Below, piece after piece: positions 1-7,865 of a DNA stretch of 14,053 nucleotides. Made by a program: the position numbers and the translations under genes. The stretch is from Nanobdellota archaeon (GTDB taxonomy: Archaea > Nanobdellota > Nanobdellia > Pacearchaeales > GW2011-AR1), in NCBI GenBank assembly GCA_038045945.1, contig JBBSXC010000006.1, forward strand, positions 1 through 14,053, given 5' to 3'. The notes beneath the pieces were generated by a model. It saw only the letters and a program-made list of their open reading frames with translations. It was not told the DNA's origin and made no database searches. Numbering within the stretch: position 1 is the stretch's first letter; each line of letters opens with the position of its first letter.

Positions 1-2626
1 TTGTTGTTGTGCATGCTTGGCATGTTAATCCTCCGCAGTCTATTCCTGTTTCATCACCATTCATTATCTTATCACTACATGTTGGGTCTTTCACAGTGTT
101 TATCTTACACTTGTTATCACATGAGTCTAAATCATTATTGTTTCCGTCATCGCATTCTTCTCCTGTTTCTACAACACTATTTCCGCATGTTTGGTAAGTG
201 CAACTTTGTGTTATTTGAGGGTTTCCTCCTGTGCATCCTTGCGGGCTGCTACTTGTTACTGTTCTTAATTGTTGATTATTTGATATGCATGCTCCCCATT
301 GTGAATACGTGAATGATGTACAAGTAGTGGTAGTTGTTTCTGTTTTGCATACGTTTGAGCACCCATCACTATTTATTATGTTTCCATCATCACATTGTTC
401 CCCTGCTTCTACAACACTATTTCCGCATTGAGTATTTGTTTCTTCTGTTGTTTTGAATCCTTCTCTTATGTAATCGTTTACTGCTTTAGCTGTGTATTCT
501 TCTCTCCAGTTATACTTGCTTTGTTTTCTTGCTTCTGTTAGGAATGTTTCTAGTGTTTGTGTCATCCCTAATGATTTCATATATGTTGAGATGTCACGAT
601 CAGGATCTAAAAAGGCTGTTCTTTCAGAAATTCCCCCTACTTCAAGAGATTTAGATTCCCAATCAGCAAAGTTTACATTAAAGCTAGTACCAAAACCGAA
701 CCATGATTCTGGACTTGAAGCAGAATAATACTTATTGTTAGCATATGAAAAAACTTCGGTTCCTAATAAATCCCCATTATTATGGTATATTAATTGTCCT
801 CCGTTTGGTTCTTGGAGATTATTATTATAAATGTTGTTTGGTGAACTATAAGCGTTATAATCGAAGATAATCCCTGGCGACCAATCATAAATTTTGTTGT
901 CATGGATTTCTAAACCTGTGCTGTAACCTCCGCTAACAAGAATAGCTACTGGCCCGCCGCCGCTTTTTTGGTGCGCTACAACATTATTAGAAATTTCAAT
1001 ACCGCTAGCAGCAGAGATAGAAATGCCCCAGCCTTGAGGGCTTCTAGGATTTTCTTCTGGTGTTCCTACAATGTTTCTTCCGTCTAAGATAACGTTGTTT
1101 TTTACTTCTCCTACTGCTCTTTCATTGTATGGGAAATAACCTACTCCTATCCCTATAGGATTGTTTAATAATAGGTTATTATCGAAGAATCCTCCACTAC
1201 GAGCACTTAAGCCTACGTTAGATGACCTTGATGAGATGCTATCCTTATATATGGGATTAATAGTTCCTCCAGCAAAATAGGTATTATGGCTATAAGGGCT
1301 ATCCTCAGCACCAGGCACTTCTTCTTTCCAGCCGTTATGATCAAAAAGGTTTGCTTCAACAAGCATACTATAAGAACCACCATAAGAAGAAAAGCCTTGT
1401 GAAGCACTACCATCAGAAGAATGAGCGTCAACAACAATATTTCTCCTTATAACCATGTTAGTATAGCCTCCATTAGAACCACCAGTAACGTCCAGATTAA
1501 TAATGTAATTAGAGATATGGTTATCTTCTATGAGGATACCGTCACCATAAGAATTAAAACTCATACCAGTATTCATATCACCCCTCTCAGCTGGACGATC
1601 AAAATGTAGCCCGACAAATGCTGTGTAGCTGCTACTTCTTGCCATACCATTTTGTATTATAGGTCTAACAAAGGAAGAACCGTAGGAACCAATAACTTGT
1701 CGTTCAGCGATAGAGCGACCAGCACTAGTTGTAACAAAATTACCCCAACTAGCAGGAAGAGGATTACCACCACTAGGAAGAGGGGGTATTTCTCCACGTT
1801 CATTACCAATTTTAGGTTCGAAAACATCACCTCTTTTGAAAAGTACCCAATCAGAATAACCATTACGGAGTTTAGCAGTAGCATAAATAGGAGTCTTAAT
1901 AGGATTCTGAGGACTTAAACCGTCGTTAGCGTCGTTGCCTGTTGAGCTAACATAATAAATAATTGTGTCTGAACTTGGTGTCAGTTGTGTAAATCCGAAT
2001 TGGTTTATTTCTCCGATGTTTGTATTAGATGATTCCATGGAGTTTGGACCAAAGCAACCAAGAGAAGCGCCGTTCATTCCTTCAGTTACTCCCATATTAT
2101 CTAAAGTATCAACTAATCCGTCATTATCGTTGTCTATTCCGTCGTAACATTCGCTATTTATACCCCCCTTAGGCGCATCAGGAATTGGTCCGTTTCTTTG
2201 TGTACTTGTCCAAGAATCAGCAGTATAACCTGAGTCTCCAATAATGTTTCTAGCTTTAATACGATAATAATAATACGTGTTGCTTTTTAGACCGTTGTCT
2301 TTGAATGATAAATCAGAACCATCATAAATTTGTTCAAATCCAGTATATGGCGATCTGCTTCTTTCAAGTAAATAACTACTGGCATCAGCAGAAAAATCCC
2401 ATGAGAGTGTTATACTTGATGGAGAATCGGCTAAAGCGGTAAGTCCCACAGGGGTTAATGGCAGATTAATTGGAGGGCTTAGATCAACTTCTTTCCCATC
2501 TTTTCCTGCTTTTCCAGAAATTGTTTGTTCTGTTAGTCTTAGAATAGTTATTGATAACAAAGCTATTATTATAATTATTAATATTATTATTCTTTCATCA
2601 TACTTTTTCATCAACCTTTTTTTCAC
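1..2626 (-). CDS. Large modular surface protein, paralog 1 (3'-truncated by window edge, >=875 aa): N-terminal hydrophobic head, FN3 domain, CxDGxDNDxDG motif, right-handed beta-helix, Cys-rich repeats
   Basis: Absent from the ORF track, consistent with it running off the edge without a stop. Manual translation from GTG at 2626 gives MKKRLMKKYDERIIILIIIIIALLSITILRLTEQTISGKAGKDGKEVDLSP. This is followed by FN3-like PVGLTALADSPSSITLSWD...GLKSNTYYYYRIKARN (~2200-2460), ECYDGIDNDNDGLVD, IYVSSTGNDANDGLSPQNPIKT, LRNGYSDWVLFKRGD, and two CGNSVVExGExCDDGN repeats. It is still in frame at base 2 (...NGDETGIDCGGLTCQACTTT). Confidence 0.93.
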   Translation of the reverse strand, partial: MKKRLMKKYDERIIILIIIIIALLSITILRLTEQTISGKAGKDGKEVDLSPPINLPLTPVGLTALADSPSSITLSWDFSADASSYLLERSRSPYTGFEQIYDGSDLSFKDNGLKSNTYYYYRIKARNIIGDSGYTADSWTSTQRNGPIPDAPKGGINSECYDGIDNDNDGLVDTLDNMGVTEGMNGASLGCFGPNSMESSNTNIGEINQFGFTQLTPSSDTIIYYVSSTGNDANDGLSPQNPIKTPIYATAKLRNGYSDWVLFKRGDVFEPKIGNERGEIPPLPSGGNPLPASWGNFVTTSAGRSIAERQVIGSYGSSFVRPIIQNGMARSSSYTAFVGLHFDRPAERGDMNTGMSFNSYGDGILIEDNHISNYIINLDVTGGSNGGYTNMVIRRNIVVDAHSSDGSASQGFSSYGGSYSMLVEANLFDHNGWKEEVPGAEDSPYSHNTYFAGGTINPIYKDSISSRSSNVGLSARSGGFFDNNLLLNNPIGIGVGYFPYNERAVGEVKNNVILDGRNIVGTPEENPRSPQGWGISISAASGIEISNNVVAHQKSGGGPVAILVSGGYSTGLEIHDNKIYDWSPGIIFDYNAYSSPNNIYNNNLQEPNGGQLIYHNNGDLLGTEVFSYANNKYYSASSPESWFGFGTSFNVNFADWESKSLEVGGISERTAFLDPDRDISTYMKSLGMTQTLETFLTEARKQSKYNWREEYTAKAVNDYIREGFKTTEETNTQCGNSVVEAGEQCDDGNIINSDGCSNVCKTETTTTTCTSFTYSQWGACISNNQQLRTVTSSSPQGCTGGNPQITQSCTYQTCGNSVVETGEECDDGNNNDLDSCDNKCKINTVKDPTCSDKIMNGDETGIDCGGLTCQACTTT
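139..428. repeat. Intragenic direct repeat (139-188 and 379-428) encoding two Cys-rich CGNSVVExGExCDDGN units (Myxococcus cysteine-rich repeat / DUF4215-like)
   Basis: Two 50-bp copies 240 bp apart with 5 mismatches. The core ttctacaacactatttccgcat is identical at 167-188 and 407-428. Confidence 0.9.
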
Positions 2627-2643
2627 AAATTTACAATAATCCC

Positions 2644-2665
2644 AAGCTATTTAAGTATTATTGCT
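2644..2665 (-). promoter_or_regulatory. Putative archaeal TATA-box promoter of paralog 1
   Basis: Minus-strand TTAAATA (2648-2654) ends 21 nt upstream of the GTG. It is conserved at the equivalent position before paralogs 2 and 3. Confidence 0.65.
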
Positions 2666-2669
2666 GGAT

Positions 2670-2682
2670 AAAAGAAAAGTTT
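2670..2682 (-). terminator. Putative oligo-T archaeal terminator after paralog 2
   Basis: Minus strand reads TAA-AAAC-TTTTCTTTT directly after the stop. A matching tract follows paralog 3 and a similar one follows rnj. Confidence 0.45.
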
Positions 2683-5600
2683 TTATTGTTGTTCTTTTCC
2701 TTCTTTTATTTTTCTTATTGTTTTTGCTGTCATTATTGTCAAGATTACTATTGTTATTATTAGTATTATTGTTATTGTGTCTATTATTATTCCTGCGTTT
2801 TTTGGTTTTTCTTCATAATTTTTGCTTACTTCTTCTCCTAATTCTTTTAGTGTTTCTATAGCATTATTGTTTTGCCCCGTTAGGGATATTATTGGTGGCG
2901 CTTGTGCTATAGTTTTGTTATTGCTAGTTGCGTTCTTCTTAACTATTGATCCTCCTCCGCTTCCACCGCCATATCCCCCTCCGACGTTACTTCCGCTGGA
3001 TGGTTGTGTGTAACTGTTGTTTGTTTCATTACTGCTCGTGTTTGTTTCTATTACTGTGTAATTTGTCCAGTGGTCTACTGTGAATGTTAATAATCCTGTA
3101 TTACTATCATAACTGTTTATTTTGCAGCTAGGGCAGACTTTTCCGTCTTGTTCTACTTTTAGGTTATTAATGTTTTTTCCTCCTCCCACTTTTAGTGTTA
3201 TTGTTGCTCCGTGGTCTTTTAGTTCTGGCATTGCTTGCGAGTCTATTGATACTCCATAGTATCCGTCAAGTATCTTGTCAAAGATTTTTATGTAAGTGTT
3301 TATTTTATCAGCAACATTTTCTACTGTTAAAGTATTATCGTTCCTTTTGAAATCTATTTCTCTATTGAAAGCTATATGTCCAAGCCCAGTTTTTTCTAGT
3401 TTTAGATTGTTAACTTTGCTCAAGTCTGCAATGCTGTTTAAGTCTGTTGTTTCTCCGTCAAATTTATCTCTGAATTCTTCTAGTTTTGTTTTAGGAGTGC
3501 ATGTTTTACAACTTCCACCGCAGTCTATTCTTTCTTCTTCACCGTTCTTTATGTTGTCAGTGCAAGAAGGTGATGGGATGGCGATTTCTTTTAGGTTATA
3601 GATTTCTAGTATCTCTGCTTCTGTTAGTGCTCTGTTATAGACGCGAAGGTCATCTATTGTCCCTGTGAAGAACCCTTCGTAGTCTTTTGGGTTCCAATAG
3701 TTTGGATTTACACCTATTGCCGTTCCGCTCTTGCTATATTCTGGGTTAGAGTTTAGCGTGGAGTATCCGGTGGTAGCTGTACTTTCTTTATTTCCGTCTA
3801 TGTAAAGTGAGATTTCTTCTCCGTTAAATGTTGCAACAACAAAGTACCAAGTGTTAGGGGTAAGTACTGATGTTGACTCTATAGTTTTAGGAGTGGTTTT
3901 ATCTGAAGTTTGGAATACGATTTTGTTGCCTTGGACTCGCTCATTAAATACTTGTTGTGCGGGACTTGCTCCCCAAACATTACCCCGAGTAAGAATGACT
4001 TGGTTTATAGAAGGGTCAGTTATGCTAATCCATGCACCAATGGTTAATCCTGATACTAAATTAAAATTTTCTTCTGATAACATTACATGGTTTGCCCCGT
4101 TAAATTCTAGTGCTTCTCCCAGTTTCCCCTTTACAGTTTTTGGATTATTTATCATTGTTCCATGATTATTATTTCCCGATAGGTCTATAGCGGTGTTTTC
4201 TGAAATCTGGTCTTTGTTATAAGTGTAGTAAGCGATAAGTCCTAATGTTGCTCCTATTCCTTTTGGTGCTTCTGTTCCAGTAGCAAATGTTATTGGGTAA
4301 TCAAATCTGTTTTGGTTATTTCTTGATGATGCGTCTTGACACCTAACATAATAGTTATAATTTCTTCCGTTTTCCAGACCCGTAACTGTTATAGTGTGTG
4401 TTGTTCCTCCCGTTGTTGTAAAGGTCTGTGTCATGCTGTTGTATCTTGTTCCTTCTATCGTGCTGTATTTGCACGTTGCTGCTTCATCAGTTGTTACTGA
4501 TAGTGTTGCCTGTGTTGTTCCTACGAGTAATGTTCTTCTTGGATTACCATTTGAAATAACTGGCGGGTATGCGTCTATTGGTGTTGGCGTATCTGGATAA
4601 ACTGGTCCTCTATATAACCTCCACATGTCATCAACGAAGTTACTTCTGTATGATCCGCTGTCCCTTCTTGTTCCATGAAGGTAGGGGAATCTTCCTATTC
4701 CGTCACTCGGGTCTTTGTCTAGTACGCAGTTTGGTGTACCGTCTTTATCAGTCGTTCCGTCTGGTCCGAATGTTACCCCATAATTTTCCCAGTTTCCATC
4801 AAATGGTGCGCAAGTGTCTTCTGCCCATACTCCGAAAGTTACCCATCTATCAGCATATTTAACAAATGATTCCGTGTACTGGTTTAGTGGGATGTTCATA
4901 AGATCAAATATTAGTGCCGACCCTTTTATTGGTTGTGAAACGCAACAGTCCTGATAACCCCCTGATGGTAGGTCTCCTCCGTCGATAATTTCGTGAGGGT
5001 CAGGTAGTGTTAGTGAACCTCCATATTTATAGTAAGTTTCTAGGTCTAGATTTCTCCAGTACATTAGTACGCTCCCCCAAGGACTTGGTTGACCCCAAAG
5101 TGGCCTACCATCTTTTCCAGTACCGACACTGTCAGTTTCGGAAAAGCCACTTTTACCAGCGTTTTCTATTGTGGTAAAGATTTCTGGTGCATCGAGTATT
5201 TTTGCTGTGAAAGCAATTGGTGCTAAGCGTCCAACCCCATGCCCTCCTCCATCACCGTTGAAGTTTACTCCTCTTCGGAGATTCGCTTCTATGTCTATAC
5301 CATCTTGAACATAATTTATTAGTAATGGCATTTTTTCTTCTATGGTATAATCAAGCATTAGTCCAAGTCCTGCTTCATTGTTCGCTACTGCGATGTCTGA
5401 ACCGTAGTTGGGCATATTTTTTTCTGGGTGTAATACTCTTGATGTCCACCCGGCTACAGCTTCAAGTTGTACTCTTTGAATGCTCGCTGCTAAAGTTTGG
5501 AGGCTTGGAGCACTTGACGGCCTTGGTAATGAGGGCAGAATTTCTGTTTTTAGGTCTGTTGTTTTGTAAAAGCGTTTTTCTGTTCCTGAATATCCTGGTC

Positions 5601-7809
5601 TAAATGTTGTTGATCCTTCAAGTTCTGGAACGGATTTTAATACTGTTAGTATTGCTGCTGTATCTAAACAGACATGATTACTGCGTTGACATTCTGTAAA
5701 ACTGATAACTTTTATTATTGAAGAGTCTCCTCCAACTACCCTTGGTAAAGTTGGTATTAGGCTTGGGTCCCATCCTCCGCCTCTAGAGTCAAATCCTTGA
5801 GCATTAGTAACAGGGTTTATTTCGTACCCGTTTCTTCCATCATTATATTCTGGTGTTATGGAATTAATTGTTACTGGTCCTAAAACCCACCAGTCTCCGT
5901 TAGCAAATTGTCCTGTTGTGTAACAAGCATCAAAAAACCAAGTGATCCCGTATTGTTCAACTTTGTTTGCTGTTCCTTGAGTGCACGTTTCTGATACACC
6001 AGTTGGTGGTGTTTCGCTTATTCCTGCGTATGGCCCTATTGCTGTTGTTTCTCCTCTTTCTTTTCCCTCAATATCATATTTTGATGTTTTTTGTTTTCTA
6101 TTGTTTAGTATTGAGTCTTCTCTTAGTCTGTAATTGTTGTTTGCTGGGTCCACGAATCCTGGGTCTCCTGTTGTGTGTGTTCCTAACTTCTGCCATTCAC
6201 CACAGTTTGTGCATGTATAATGATTATTTTTGAATGCTCCACTCCATTCGGCTAATGTTTCTTCCCAAGGTCTTACTTCTGGTCCTGTGTTTGAGTTTAT
6301 TACAGAATTTAGTATGTTTCCTTCTATCAGAACATTTTTCATTATTACTGGATCATATAATCCTAATGCTATTGGTCCCGCTAGTATTGAATCCTTTATT
6401 ATTATGTGTTCTAAATTTTTTACTTGCCAGTAATTATTTCCTCCTATAAATATCACGTTTTTGAAAAGCTGGTCTTTCCTGTATGTTCCCCCTTGGTAGA
6501 ATATTGATTGTGCTCCGCTTCCTTCTTCGTCTCCTTGTGCGTCGTATACTTCTACGTTTACGAATGCTACGTTTTCTGCAATATTTTGAAATGTTATGTC
6601 GGGGTGTTCTGGAAGTCCATCAGGGCCCATATGTCCTATATTACTCCCTCCGTTTATTCTGAAAGTTTTCGAGTATCTTACATGCTGGTCGCTGTGGTAT
6701 GCTTGCGACCACATGTCTCTTTCTATAACTTTTTCTACTAATAGGAACCCTATCGGTCCTCTCGCGAACTCTATTATTTCGCTTCCGGTCATATATTTTT
6801 CTGTGAATCCTCCCTCTATTGTCCCCTGACCACTCCCCCCTCTTCCGTCGTGTAGTGTGTTATCAAACCATATTCTATATACTTGTCCATTTCCCCCGTT
6901 ATCTGTTGATAGAGCATGTTTAAGTGTTAGGCCTTGTATTTTTACTCCCCCATATACTAGTTTTAGTCCGTTGCACGGACCGTTAATAATAGCTTCTTCT
7001 CTTCCCACCCCCGGTGCTGGCTTTATTGTTAACCATTCAAATGGTTGTGGCCCCCACCCATTGTTCGATGTTGGCCATAGTGAACATGCCCATGCGTATT
7101 CTCCTTTTTCTAGTAGTATCTCTGCTCCATCTACGTTTCCGTACCTTCCATTTAACACTAACGCTGCGAAGCCTATCGTTTGTAAGGGATTATTTTTTGT
7201 TCCGTCACCAGTAGTATCGCTTCCTGTTGGTGATACGTATACTGGTTCTTTTTCTTCCATCGTGTGTCCGTAATTAGCTACTAGATACATTCCACTTACT
7301 ACTCTTGGTATTCCCACTTTGGGGTATGCTATTGCTCTTACTTCTATTTGTCCGTCGTACCCGATGTTTTCTGCTTTTACTGTTGCCCAGTATTCTATTA
7401 TTCCGTTTTGTGGGTTTAGGCTTTCTTCTTTTACTATTTTCCATGGCCCGTTATTTACTGAGAATTCTACTCTGTCTATTTCGTTCATGTGGCCTGCTGT
7501 TATTCCAACATTAAATTCGTTGTCAAATCTTTGGTGAGGTACTATTCCTGACAGGGCTATTGCTTGGGCGTCTGATCCCGGTCCGCTACCTATGGCTGCT
7601 GGTTGCGTTGTTTCCCCCGCCCATCCTTCTCCACCAATTAGTATTTTATCATCAGTAGGGCTTAGTAATGGTCCCTTTCCATTTTTTCCTACTTCTCCAG
7701 TTATTGTTTGTGTTGTTAATCTTAGAATAGTTATTGATAATAAAACAATTATTATTAATATTAGTATTATTATTCTTTCATCATACTTTTTCATCAACCT
7801 TTTTTTCAC
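2683..7809 (-). CDS. Large modular surface protein, paralog 2 (1708 aa): head, Ig-like + beta-helix module, uncharacterised ~450-aa module, Ig/FN3-like domain, LamG-like jellyroll, Cys-rich repeat, conserved C-terminal domain, Gly/Ser linker, C-terminal TM anchor
   Basis: Long ORF with hydrophobic helices at both ends. VYVSPTGSDTTGDGTKNNPLQTI is a DUF1565-like beta-helix start. GDPGFVDPANNNYRLREDS...DIEGKER...IGPY resembles a choice-of-anchor Q-like beta-helix end. LamG motifs include DLSGNNNHGT, GKLGEALEFNG, WYFVVATFNG..ISLYIDG and FTGTIDDLRVYNRALT. The Cys-rich unit is CTDNIKNGEEERIDCGGSC. The start could be the ATG 5 codons downstream. Confidence 0.93.
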   Translation of the reverse strand: MKKRLMKKYDERIIILILIIIVLLSITILRLTTQTITGEVGKNGKGPLLSPTDDKILIGGEGWAGETTQPAAIGSGPGSDAQAIALSGIVPHQRFDNEFNVGITAGHMNEIDRVEFSVNNGPWKIVKEESLNPQNGIIEYWATVKAENIGYDGQIEVRAIAYPKVGIPRVVSGMYLVANYGHTMEEKEPVYVSPTGSDTTGDGTKNNPLQTIGFAALVLNGRYGNVDGAEILLEKGEYAWACSLWPTSNNGWGPQPFEWLTIKPAPGVGREEAIINGPCNGLKLVYGGVKIQGLTLKHALSTDNGGNGQVYRIWFDNTLHDGRGGSGQGTIEGGFTEKYMTGSEIIEFARGPIGFLLVEKVIERDMWSQAYHSDQHVRYSKTFRINGGSNIGHMGPDGLPEHPDITFQNIAENVAFVNVEVYDAQGDEEGSGAQSIFYQGGTYRKDQLFKNVIFIGGNNYWQVKNLEHIIIKDSILAGPIALGLYDPVIMKNVLIEGNILNSVINSNTGPEVRPWEETLAEWSGAFKNNHYTCTNCGEWQKLGTHTTGDPGFVDPANNNYRLREDSILNNRKQKTSKYDIEGKERGETTAIGPYAGISETPPTGVSETCTQGTANKVEQYGITWFFDACYTTGQFANGDWWVLGPVTINSITPEYNDGRNGYEINPVTNAQGFDSRGGGWDPSLIPTLPRVVGGDSSIIKVISFTECQRSNHVCLDTAAILTVLKSVPELEGSTTFRPGYSGTEKRFYKTTDLKTEILPSLPRPSSAPSLQTLAASIQRVQLEAVAGWTSRVLHPEKNMPNYGSDIAVANNEAGLGLMLDYTIEEKMPLLINYVQDGIDIEANLRRGVNFNGDGGGHGVGRLAPIAFTAKILDAPEIFTTIENAGKSGFSETDSVGTGKDGRPLWGQPSPWGSVLMYWRNLDLETYYKYGGSLTLPDPHEIIDGGDLPSGGYQDCCVSQPIKGSALIFDLMNIPLNQYTESFVKYADRWVTFGVWAEDTCAPFDGNWENYGVTFGPDGTTDKDGTPNCVLDKDPSDGIGRFPYLHGTRRDSGSYRSNFVDDMWRLYRGPVYPDTPTPIDAYPPVISNGNPRRTLLVGTTQATLSVTTDEAATCKYSTIEGTRYNSMTQTFTTTGGTTHTITVTGLENGRNYNYYVRCQDASSRNNQNRFDYPITFATGTEAPKGIGATLGLIAYYTYNKDQISENTAIDLSGNNNHGTMINNPKTVKGKLGEALEFNGANHVMLSEENFNLVSGLTIGAWISITDPSINQVILTRGNVWGASPAQQVFNERVQGNKIVFQTSDKTTPKTIESTSVLTPNTWYFVVATFNGEEISLYIDGNKESTATTGYSTLNSNPEYSKSGTAIGVNPNYWNPKDYEGFFTGTIDDLRVYNRALTEAEILEIYNLKEIAIPSPSCTDNIKNGEEERIDCGGSCKTCTPKTKLEEFRDKFDGETTDLNSIADLSKVNNLKLEKTGLGHIAFNREIDFKRNDNTLTVENVADKINTYIKIFDKILDGYYGVSIDSQAMPELKDHGATITLKVGGGKNINNLKVEQDGKVCPSCKINSYDSNTGLLTFTVDHWTNYTVIETNTSSNETNNSYTQPSSGSNVGGGYGGGSGGGSIVKKNATSNNKTIAQAPPIISLTGQNNNAIETLKELGEEVSKNYEEKPKNAGIIIDTITIILIITIVILTIMTAKTIRKIKEGKEQQ

Positions 7810-7828
7810 AAATTAGTGATTATCAAGA

Positions 7829-7848
7829 ACTATTTAAGCATTATTGCT
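7829..7848 (-). promoter_or_regulatory. Putative archaeal TATA-box promoter of paralog 2
   Basis: Minus-strand TTAAATA at 7831-7837, 21 nt upstream of the GTG at 7809. Confidence 0.65.
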
Positions 7849-7852
7849 GGAT

Positions 7853-7865
7853 AAAAGAAAAGTTT
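7853..7865 (-). terminator. Putative oligo-T archaeal terminator after paralog 3
   Basis: TTTTCTTTT on the minus strand just after the TAA at 7866-7868. Confidence 0.45.

Larger units (their letters stand above)
2475..2830. repeat. Junction repeat copy A: head of paralog 1 + 56-bp spacer + tail of paralog 2
   Basis: Colinear with 7658-8016 at offset 5183. Identical blocks are 2582-2631 = 7765-7814 (50 bp), 2657-2703 = 7840-7886 (47 bp) and 2724-2793 = 7907-7976 (70 bp). Confidence 0.95.

Noticed and set aside
139-428. Near-identical repeat pair as the TR/VR of a diversity-generating retroelement
   Set aside because: Both copies lie in frame within one gene, the mismatches are not confined to adenines of one template strand, and no reverse transcriptase is present.
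2745-2792. (ATT/GTT)n-like microsatellite as a phase-variation tract
   Set aside because: It is an imperfect triplet pattern explained by Ile/Thr codons of the TM helix, and its length is the same in both copies.
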